Below, in pieces: positions 31,786 through 40,457 of a stretch of DNA of 64,000 nucleotides. Each line of letters opens with the position of its first letter. Position 1 is the stretch's first letter. This DNA comes from Ignavibacteria bacterium (GTDB lineage Bacteria > Bacteroidota > Ignavibacteria > Tepidaquicellales > OLB5), in NCBI GenBank assembly GCA_020852705.1, contig JADZAP010000030.1:3991-67990 (forward strand), read 5' to 3'. Position numbers and translations under genes: made by a program. Below the pieces are notes generated by a model. The model was not told the origin of the DNA and made no database searches. It saw only the letters and a program-made list of their open reading frames with translations.

Positions 31786-32691
31786 ATGAAAATAGGATTT
31801 ATAGGACTTGGCAGAATGGGCGGCAATATGGTTGAGCGACTTCTGAAAGATGGTCATGAAACTGTGGTTTACAATCTAACACAAAAAGAAATTGATGAAG
31901 CGGTAAAAAAAGGTGCAATAGCAGCTAAAAGCGCAGAGGATATACTGAATCATCTGCCTGAAAGGAAGGCTGTTTGGCTTATGGTTCCAAACGGTGAACC
32001 GGTTGAGCAGAATATCAATTTGCTTAGCAAGCACATGAAAAAAGGTGATATTATAATTGATGGCGGAAATTCAAACTGGAAACAATCAAAATCACGGGCA
32101 GAAGAGCTTTGGAAAAAAGGAATTAATTATATTGATTGCGGAACTTCAGGAGGGATTTGGGGACTTAAAAACGGTTACAGTTTAATGACCGGAGGCAATA
32201 AAGAAGCTGTGGAATATATGTATCCAATATTTAAAACATTGGCTCCGGCTGATGGCGGTTACACATATTGCGGTAATAGCGGAGCAGGACATTTTGTTAA
32301 AATGGTACACAACGGAATTGAATACGGCATGATGCAGTCTTATGCAGAAGGATTTGAGATAATGAAAAGCTCGCAGTTTAATATTGAAATTGAAAAAGTT
32401 GCAGAAGGATGGATGTACGGCAGTGTAGTAAGGTCTTGGCTGCTTGAGCTTGCTGTAAATGCTTTTAAAGAAGATCCGAATCTTGAAAATGTTAAAGGTT
32501 ACGTTGATGACTCAGGTGAAGGCAGGTGGACAGTTGAAGCAGCAATTGAGCAGGGTGTTCCGGCACATGTTATTTCTGCATCGCTTTATGCAAGGTTTCA
32601 GTCACGTCAGCAGGATTCTTTTGCAATGAAAATGCTTGCATCATTAAGAAAACAATTTGGCGGACATCCGATTGTTTTGGAGAAAAAATAA
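31786..32691 (+). CDS. gnd: 6-phosphogluconate dehydrogenase (decarboxylating), ~300-aa short form
   Basis: Contains MKIGFIGLGRMGGNM (Rossmann fold) and GAGHFVKMVHNGIEYGMMQ. It lies directly upstream of zwf and pgl. Confidence 0.88.
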   Translation: MKIGFIGLGRMGGNMVERLLKDGHETVVYNLTQKEIDEAVKKGAIAAKSAEDILNHLPERKAVWLMVPNGEPVEQNINLLSKHMKKGDIIIDGGNSNWKQSKSRAEELWKKGINYIDCGTSGGIWGLKNGYSLMTGGNKEAVEYMYPIFKTLAPADGGYTYCGNSGAGHFVKMVHNGIEYGMMQSYAEGFEIMKSSQFNIEIEKVAEGWMYGSVVRSWLLELAVNAFKEDPNLENVKGYVDDSGEGRWTVEAAIEQGVPAHVISASLYARFQSRQQDSFAMKMLASLRKQFGGHPIVLEKK

Positions 32692-32696
32692 AAAAG

Positions 32697-34223
32697 ATGA
32701 ACTTAAAAAAAACTGATAACTGCGTAATTATAATATTTGGTGCTTCTGGAGACCTGACAAAAAGGAAGCTGATTCCTGCAATATTTGAGCTGTATAAACA
32801 AGGCAGCTTGCCTGAGAAGTTTGAAGTAATAGGCACAGCGAGCTCTTCATTTACAAATGAGCAATTCAGAACAAATATGCATGAAGCACTTTTAGCTGCT
32901 GATAATGATGCCGATGACAAAGTAAAACAAAGTTTTATCCAAAAGCTGCATTATTTTGTAATGGATTTTAAAAATGCTGAATTATTCAAACAGCTTGCAG
33001 AAAAAATTAAAGAACTTGATGTAACCTGCGGTGATAAAGGCAACAGAATATTTTATTTAGCAACAATTCCCACATTATTTGGAGATATAGCTGAAAATCT
33101 TGCTTCTGCGGGATTGAATGACAGTTCACCCGGATTTACAAGAATAGTTGTTGAAAAACCATTTGGGTATGACCTTAATTCAGCAATTGAGCTGAATGAG
33201 AGAATGCATAAATTTTTCACTGAAAGCCAGATATACAGAATAGACCATTACCTTGGGAAAGAAACAGTGCAGAATGTTCTTGTAACAAGGTTTGCCAACG
33301 GAATATTTGAACCAATATGGAACAGAAATTATATTCATCATATTGAAATTACATCTGCGGAGAAAATAGGGATAGAAAACCGCGGTGCATTTTACGAAAC
33401 ATCGGGTGCTTTGCGTGATATGGTACAAAGCCATTTATTAAGACTTGTTGCATTAATTGCGATGGAGCCCCCTTCATCATTTGAAAGCAATGCAGTAAGA
33501 AATGAACAGATAAAACTACTGCAGTCATTACGGCGTTTAAGACCGGAAGATATAAGCAAACAGGTCATTCGCGGGCAATATATATCCTCTACTATACGAG
33601 GAGAGGCAGTTAAAGGATACAGAGAAGAAAAAGGTGTTGCAGCGGACTCCAGAACAGAAACTTATGCCGCAATAAAATTTTATATAGATAACTGGCGCTG
33701 GGGCGGAGTTCCATTTTATATCAGAACCGGAAAAATGCTGCCAACCAGAGTTACTGAGGCAGTTATTCACTTTAAAAAAACACCGCATATTTTATTCAGA
33801 GAAAGTAACGACCAGTCAGATAATCAGCTAATATTAAGAATTCAGCCGGATGAAGGAATATTACTTAAAATTGGGATGAAAGAACCCGGAAAAGGCTTTA
33901 AAGTACATACTGTTAATATGGATTTTCATTATACTGATATTTCATCTGAACATTTATTTGAAGCTTATGAAAGATTAATATATGATTGTCTAGCTGGTGA
34001 TAATACATTATTTCTGCGTGCAGATGCAGTTGAAGAAGCATGGCGGTTTATTGATCCAATTCAGAATGCCTGGAAGCAAAATAAAAATATTAAAATATAC
34101 GGCTACCCGGCAGGAACTTGGGGACCGGATATTGCAGATAGTTTATTTGACGGCAGAGAAAAAATAACATGGCGTTACCCGTGTAAAAATCTGACTGATG
34201 ACGGTATTTATTGCGAACTATAA
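32697..34223 (+). CDS. zwf: glucose-6-phosphate 1-dehydrogenase
   Basis: 508 aa. Contains IFGASGDLTKRKL, RIDHYLGKE and EKPxG-like VVEKPFG. Confidence 0.95.
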   Translation: MNLKKTDNCVIIIFGASGDLTKRKLIPAIFELYKQGSLPEKFEVIGTASSSFTNEQFRTNMHEALLAADNDADDKVKQSFIQKLHYFVMDFKNAELFKQLAEKIKELDVTCGDKGNRIFYLATIPTLFGDIAENLASAGLNDSSPGFTRIVVEKPFGYDLNSAIELNERMHKFFTESQIYRIDHYLGKETVQNVLVTRFANGIFEPIWNRNYIHHIEITSAEKIGIENRGAFYETSGALRDMVQSHLLRLVALIAMEPPSSFESNAVRNEQIKLLQSLRRLRPEDISKQVIRGQYISSTIRGEAVKGYREEKGVAADSRTETYAAIKFYIDNWRWGGVPFYIRTGKMLPTRVTEAVIHFKKTPHILFRESNDQSDNQLILRIQPDEGILLKIGMKEPGKGFKVHTVNMDFHYTDISSEHLFEAYERLIYDCLAGDNTLFLRADAVEEAWRFIDPIQNAWKQNKNIKIYGYPAGTWGPDIADSLFDGREKITWRYPCKNLTDDGIYCEL

Positions 34224-34231
34224 ATTTATAT

Positions 34232-34960
34232 ATGCCAATTTCAAATCTGAACATATACAAAACTCCCGAAGAGCTTACAAAAATTTTTGCAGAGGTATTA
34301 AAGAATAAGTTTGATGAATTGCTGAAGAACAATCAGAACATTTCTATTGCAATTTCAGGAGGCAATACACCAAAGGCATTATTTGAAATTCTTGCTTCAG
34401 AATACAAATATAGTATAAACTGGAATCAGATAAATTTTTATTGGGTTGATGAAAGATGTGCGGAACCAGATGATGAACAAAGCAATTTTGGCAACGCGTA
34501 TAATCTTTTGTTCAGTAAAATTGATATATCACCTTCATCTATAAACAGAATTAAAGGTGAAGCATCAGCAAAAGCGGAAGCAAAAAGATATTCTGAGCTA
34601 GTTAAGATGAAGGTTAAGCAAAAAAACTCACTCCCCTGTTTTGATATTATACTGCTTGGTATGGGCAATGACGGTCATACAGCTTCAATTTTTCCAAATC
34701 AAATGAAACTGCTTGAATCACCAGAAATTTATACTGTTTCAACAGCACCTAAGGGCGGACTAAAGAGAATAACAATGACAGGTAAAATAATAAATAATTC
34801 AGATACAGTATATTTTTTAGTAAGCGGTTCTGATAAAGCAAGTGTTTTTAACACAATCCAAAATAATGAAGCTGATGCCAATAAATATCCGGCTGCATAT
34901 ATAAAACCTGAGGGCGGTGAGCTATATTGGTATGTTGATTCAAAAGCAGCGGGTGGATGA
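34232..34960 (+). CDS. pgl: 6-phosphogluconolactonase
   Basis: Contains ISGGNTPK, WVDERC, LLGMGNDGHTASIFP. I chose the ATG at 34232 rather than the track's TTG at 34211, which overlaps the zwf stop. Confidence 0.88.
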   Translation: MPISNLNIYKTPEELTKIFAEVLKNKFDELLKNNQNISIAISGGNTPKALFEILASEYKYSINWNQINFYWVDERCAEPDDEQSNFGNAYNLLFSKIDISPSSINRIKGEASAKAEAKRYSELVKMKVKQKNSLPCFDIILLGMGNDGHTASIFPNQMKLLESPEIYTVSTAPKGGLKRITMTGKIINNSDTVYFLVSGSDKASVFNTIQNNEADANKYPAAYIKPEGGELYWYVDSKAAGG

Positions 34961-35005
34961 GCGATATTTTATAAAATTCCGTTTAAAAAAGAAACCGAAA
35001 TACAG

Positions 35006-35031
35006 AAGCAGGTTAATTACCTGCTTTTTTT
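35006..35031 (+). terminator. rho-independent terminator of the gnd-zwf-pgl operon
   Basis: An 8-bp stem aagcaggt/acctgctt with a 5-nt loop is followed by a run of 7 T. Confidence 0.75.
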
Positions 35032-35069
35032 GTACACCCGGAAGGAGTCGAACCCTCAACCTTCTGATC
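35028..35069. repeat. 42-bp direct repeat, copy A (3' half of tRNA-Arg(ACG) plus 5 nt of 3' flank)
   Basis: ttttgtacacccggaaggagtcgaaccctcaaccttctgatc is identical at all 42 positions to 35406-35447. Confidence 0.95.
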
Positions 35070-35133
35070 TCCGCCTTCGGCGGATAAACTCCGTCAGATG
35101 CTCCCTGCCTGCCGAAGGCAGGTATCCGGTTGC
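35033..35133 (-). other. tRNA-like structure / rearranged second tRNA-Arg copy (101 nt)
   Basis: Minus strand reads GCAACCG-GATA-[CCTGCC-TTCG-GGCAGG]-CAGG-GAGC-A-TCTGA-CGGAGTTTA[TCCGCC-GAA-GGCGGA]GA-TCAGA-AGGTT-GAGGG-TTCGACT-CCTTC-CGGGTGT-A. The acceptor stem pairs at 6 of 7 positions, the anticodon stem and T arm are intact, the D arm is replaced by a UUCG hairpin, and the anticodon loop is 26 nt. Confidence 0.55.
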
Positions 35134-35405
35134 GCTAATCGATAATTTTTTTTAGAAACTCCCGTCCTTCACCGGATTTTAAATAAAGCTCGCGTTTTCT
35201 AGCAGCCTCAAAAGTATCAAACTCTTCTATTTGAACTAATTTCCATGGAATATAAGCTTTCGTTGACTTGGTTTTACCGGCATTATGTTCCGTCAATCGC
35301 CGTTTGATGTTATCCGTAACTCCTTTATACAACCTTCCATCAATTGTACTTTTAATGACATAAGTATAAAATTTTTTCAAACGTTGTATGGATTTTCTGT
35401 GATTG
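35070..35405 (-). mobile_element. candidate 336-bp mini-cassette (GIY-YIG ORF plus structured 3' region) inserted in the anticodon loop of tRNA-Arg(ACG)
   Basis: It is bounded by the perfect 42-bp repeats and carries a single nuclease ORF. No integrase or transposase is present. See findings. Confidence 0.5.
35135..35380 (-). CDS. stand-alone GIY-YIG nuclease-domain protein (81 aa, YhbQ/COG2827-like)
   Basis: (M)KKFYTYVIKSTIDGRLYKGVTDNIKRRLTEHNAGKTKSTKAYIPWKLVQIEEFDTFEAARKRELYLKSGEGREFLKKIID carries the GIY (YTYVI), YIG (LYKGVT), Arg (RRLTEH) and Glu (RE) elements. I placed the start at the TTG at 35380, because the track's upstream extension (35381-35437) is tRNA sequence. Confidence 0.8.
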   Translation of the reverse strand: MKKFYTYVIKSTIDGRLYKGVTDNIKRRLTEHNAGKTKSTKAYIPWKLVQIEEFDTFEAARKRELYLKSGEGREFLKKIID

Positions 35406-35484
<79 letters not shown>

Positions 35485-35827
35485 ATAAAATATATTATTA
35501 AATTAAAATAAATTACCAAATATTATATTATTTTAGTAATTTTGTGCAATTTACCAATATTTTATTAGTTATTCAATTGAAAATAATTGGATAAATTCTG
35601 ATAAATAAATTGTTATATAATTTGCCGTAAAAATTTAAAATTTTGAAAAATGAAAAATTATGGTCCCCGAGATCTTATGAAAAAAATATGCGTCGTAAAT
35701 ATAATGCTAATTTTTTAAATTTTGATTAATAAATATTTTAGAATAAAAAATGCTGTAAATACAAATATTGGTATTGAAAAAATTATTTTGATAATAACTA
35801 CGCATTACATTTATTTTATCCTTAAAA

Positions 35828-38800
35828 TCATTTTACTAGCACCATCTTTTTGCTCTGAACAAAGTTACCTGCTTCAATCCGATAGAAGTATACACCACTT
35901 GCTAAATTACCTGCATTCCATTTAACATGGTGAGTACCTGACTTTTTCATCTCATTCTTTACCAAATTAGCTACTTCTCTGCCTAGTAAGTCGTATATTT
36001 TTATGGTTACCTGCGCATCTTTTGGTAAATCAAATTTAATATTAGTTATCGGGTTAAACGGATTTGGATAATTTTGATACAGTTCAAATTTCCTTGGAAT
36101 TTCATTATTAACTAACTTACTTCCTTTATTTAACCCAAGCAGTACCTTCAAATCTTCCTGTATCTTATTTGTTAATTCAGGCTTGTTTTGAGGAATGCTG
36201 CTGCATTCTGGCTTCTATGAACGATTTCAGTTCTCCAAATAACATATTTGTAGTGTTTTGGTTACGTATACTGTCAGAGAACTTATAGTTAATAAACAGT
36301 TCATCCAAGGCTGGCAATAGCAGCTTGCTTGAATCTTGTGTAGATAACAGGTTTTTCAGGTCAGTTATTGCTCCGGCATAGTTTCTTGCGCTCTTTTTAG
36401 TCAACGCATTGGCATATAATACTTTATCTTCATTTCCTGAGGCATACCCGCTACCGCCAGGGGTTGAAGTTATGATGACAGTATCATACACGCCATTACC
36501 TAAGTCTGTAACCTGATAGCCTGTAGTGATATTATCAAACTCTTCTTCAAGAGGGCAGTAATTAGTTGGAGAGTAATCTATTGTCATAGGAGATCCTCCG
36601 CAAAGAATACTTACAAGAGGTACGCTTGTATTCCAATAATTATTTCTAACATAATAAGGTTCAAATCCTGTACACTGTACTGTGCCGGCAATGTGAAAGT
36701 TTTCCTGAGTGTATTGAAGTGTGAAGCAGTTTCTTCCTCTGTCTCCCAGTAAAGTACAGCCCTCGGTAAATGTTACGTTTCCGGCAGTTGTGAAGTTGGG
36801 GTTTGCCATCTCAAGCTGGTTACCACCACCATACCAAACATAACTGCCGTCAGGTGTAATCACCGGGGCAAGCTGCGCTGTAGAATTGACATTCATATCC
36901 ATATTTACATTTGCATCGCCTTTAAGTTTATTTCCATATACCTTCAGGTTACAATTTAGCAGTTCCAGGTTTTTATCAAAAGTATTATATGTAAATATGT
37001 TTTGTTTAAAGTTACCCGCAATAGTATTAGCAATCATTCCAACCGTAGTTGTGCTGCCGTTTGTTTTATTGAAAGTATTACCATTTATCTGAAAATTAGT
37101 TAAGCCTGCAGATAAGCAGTTAATGGATATCTGCGTGCCGCCGTTTGAAAATGAGTTGTACTGGATAGCAAGCGCAGGAGGAGCTCCACCTGGTCCAGCT
37201 CCCGGTGAGCCAACAGTGTTTTCAATGTAAATGCCGTTTACGCTTTCGTTATCAGGAAGCGAAAATGTATTACTATGAATATTTAAATTAGCCACTTCAT
37301 ACGCAGAAACGCAAGTCGCTCCATTCAGATTTGGCAAAGTAAAAATACAGTTGGTTATGGCTTTTTGATAGACACTATATGCTGAATTACAATGATTATC
37401 TATGACTATTGGAGTAGCTGCATTATTAAAAGTGCAGTTGGTAAATGAGCAGGCTAACGTATTGCTTAACTGTATACCATACCAGTTGCCTAACGGGCCG
37501 CCAAAAGTTACATTTTCACACACTATTCTGCCGCCTTCTTCAACGGTAATAGTACGATTTGGTCCCATTTCAAAAAAAATAGTTCCGCCTGCGCTGCCAT
37601 CTATAGTTAATGTTGCACCATTTTGAACAATGATATCTCTATCGTGATACACATGATAGTTTACCGTAGTATTTTCAGAAACAATCCATGGTTCAGGATT
37701 ATCAGCGGTTCCTAACCTATCAAAAGTTACAACACCTTGTCCTGATGTTGCGAGCCATACTTTGCTATTTTGTTGCGGGTCTATTTTAATTGAACGTATT
37801 CCTATTGTAAAATAAAACAATGGAGTCCAGGTTGTTCCTCCATTTATTGAATAATATGTCCTTTGTAAATATTCATTACCAATCTTACCAGAGACTACTA
37901 TTTTATTAGGATTACCTTCAGCAACATCTATTTGAGTTGCTCCGGAAAATCCCCATAATGTAAATGTCCAGCTGACATTACCATTCGATTGAATTGTTCC
38001 TTGATATACTCCATTATTTTTCATTGCGAGATACAAGAAACCTGCACGGTATTTTAAACACCCTTCATTTTTATATGAACCCCCCGGTGTACTTCCGTTC
38101 AAAGATGTCCAGTTTTGTCCATTATCATTGGAAAGAAACAGACCTCCGGATCCGTTTACCCCGGGAACTGATTCAAGATATAAATAAACTCTTGTTGTAC
38201 CCGGCACAACTGCAAAATTTGTTTGAGCATCATATAGGCTTCCGATAGAACCATCTGGCGGTGGAGGAGCATCACCCTCATACAAAGCCGGAAATTATGA
38301 ATTATCATACGCATCTTGAGTAGAAAGAATCGCATTGTCTAAAGGCTCATCAGCAAATGTAGTCGGAAGAAAACTATTGCCACCATTATCTGAATAGTAA
38401 ACTCCCATATAATTTTCATTGGGGCGACTTTTACCATATGATTTTCCTACCAATAAGAGCATTCTATTTGCACCACCAGGAGTATGGTACATAACAGCAT
38501 CAGAAATAAACCTGTTTGAAGTCGTAAATATTCCATGATTTCCCCCGGTCTTTCTTGTATATGTGTTGTTATTTAAAGTTCTTTCGTACATCGCTGCATT
38601 AACATTTCCAAATTGATCTCCGCCTACACCATAAACATAAACAGGAAATTCAGGATTTGAAAGCATTCTTGAAACAACTGGGATATAAGATGGTCCGGAA
38701 GAACCATTGACCCTTGTTTGCCTGTTATCATAACTCATCTCGCTAAAACCTAAACCTCCGTTTGTCGACCACGCAGCAGCCCAATCTGCTAGTGGGAAAA

Positions 38801-40263
38801 AGGTGTATCTGGTATTATTGTAAATCTGCCACGATACATCGTTTACAACTGTCATCATAGAACCATAAAAAGTATATTGCCACGTTGAACCATAAAAAAT
38901 ATTTCCTCCGGAAGGCACAACATTAGTGGATTTTCTAACTCCGGCACCTCCGGTTACATACCAATGCTGGCTTAACCCGGCATTGGGATTTCTAACGACT
39001 TGATATATGCCTGTGTATATATAAGAAGTTCTCTCGTCTTCAAATTGATGGTTTGGATAGTCCTGTTGGGATTGATTATATATGAATAAAATTCCCGGAG
39101 CTGTATGATTTGGCACATTTGGTTCGCTCTGCCAACTCGTAGTATTGTAAACAAGTTTTTTTATGGGTCTGTCCCAGCGTCCTGCGAGTAATATAGTTTC
39201 TGACGCGTCAGCCCAGTTTAAAACACAAAAATAATTACCCGAAGTCTGATTTTCATTGCCAAATGCCGAAGTCAGGTTTTGCCATGAACCACTCATGTAG
39301 CGTTTGATACCACCACCTACTACACCGTCTTCACCCTTGCCGTAAGCAACAAAAGCTGTAACACCACTGCCATCAGGTTTAAACAATATTCTTCTGACAC
39401 TTGGCAAAGGCTCTGAAAATTTTGTGAAAGCACTTACTGTTCCGCCTGCATCAACAGTTGCCCAATAAACAGCTCCTTGTCCATTCGAATTGCTTCCATA
39501 TCGCCTGCCGGTTCCGACCCAAATTTGATTACTGCCCGGATGCATATAGATACATTGAATATATTCTTCCTGATGTGCCATACCGTTAAATGTCGGCACT
39601 ATGTTCCAAGTAACACCATTATTTTCACTGATATATAATCTTGCCCCAAAATTGGTGCTTTTTGAAATCCCACCCATAAACATTCTCTGGTTTCCATTAT
39701 TTTGCCCGGGTCTAGGATCATAAATTATACATGAGCCGCCAATCTTCTTATCAAAATCATCACTTTTGAACCAAGGCCTTTCATTATCAGATGGAGCGTT
39801 TATTGTAGAACGAACCCATGTACCTTTAGTTCTAACATCAACATTGGTCCAAAGGCAATGATATTGAGGATTGTTAAATAAATTTACTGGTTCTTCACAA
39901 TCGGTACTATCCTGACCCCAGCATACTGTTAAGTTATAGGGGTTTTTCAGGATTTACTGTCATACCGGCAATTATCAATTCAGACCTTGATGACCTGCCC
40001 GGCGGCGATGGCTGTCTTCCAAAACATATAATTTCGTGCCAGCTCAAACCATTATTGTCACTCCAATACACTCCTCCTATATCAGTTCTTACGTATAATA
40101 TTTGGTTTGCAATATTTCCAGTGATATTTTTTGCAACAATCACTTCAACAAAGTTCCCTCCGCCTTCAAAGTTCAGCCAATCATAGCCATTTGGGTCCGA
40201 ATAAATGATTGAAGGCGCTGTTAGAAACAGAAAGGCATAAAATAAAAACCTCAAATTTTTCAT
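35828..40263 (-). pseudogene. disrupted gene for a ~1470-aa T9SS-secreted protein: signal peptide, BNR/Asp-box beta-propeller (GH74/sialidase-like), right-handed beta-helix, T9SS C-terminal domain
   Basis: Four colinear ORFs cover the region: 39934-40263, 38295-39683 (this frame is open up to 39953), 36177-38285, and 35828-36151 (this frame is open up to 36214). They are joined by a +1 shift inside 39937-39953, an in-frame TAA at 38295-38297, and a +1 shift inside 36180-36214. Motifs include YVRTDIGGVYWSDNNGLSW, SENNGVTW, SINGGTTW, SNDNGQNW, and the CTD YQNYPNPFNP...SGVYFYRIEAGNFVQSKKMVLVK. Confidence 0.75.
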
Positions 40264-40368
40264 AGATTTATTTTTTTAGTTTATGGAATATTTTACAATA
40301 ATTTTTTGAGAAATATACAGTATTCTGGTTTTTATCAGAAAAATTAATTGTTTAATTTTGTATTAAAC

Positions 40369-40457
40369 AAAAAGGAAAGCGGCTGTAAAATTTATAAAAT
40401 TTTACAACTACTAAAAATACCAGGTCGGGTAAATATGTAGAGCCGCTTCCTTTTTTT
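40369..40457 (-). terminator. terminator-like long inverted repeat directly after the stop of 40456-42066
   Basis: The arms aaaaaggaaagcggct and agccgcttccttttttt are separated by about 56 nt. That spacer holds a nested palindrome tgtaaaattt-ataaaattttaca. On the minus strand the structure ends in UUUUUGUUU. Confidence 0.4.

Noticed and set aside
35485-35827. Small ORFs, e.g. a ~22-codon ATG ORF (MKNYGPRDLMKKICVVNIMLIF) that I located only approximately within this spacer, and the track ORF 35722-35925, in the AT-rich spacer between the tRNA and the T9SS pseudogene
   Set aside because: They are very short or overlap the T9SS C-terminal-domain coding region. They have no motif and no ribosome-binding signal, and ORFs of this size are expected by chance in AT-rich DNA.
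38295-38297. In-frame TAA as evidence for a reassigned stop codon or alternative genetic code
   Set aside because: TAA, TAG and TGA each terminate well-conserved full-length genes in this window: TAA for gyrA, TAG for the M48 protease, TGA for pgl. The same gene also carries two frameshifts. An ordinary nonsense lesion or a sequencing error is far more likely.
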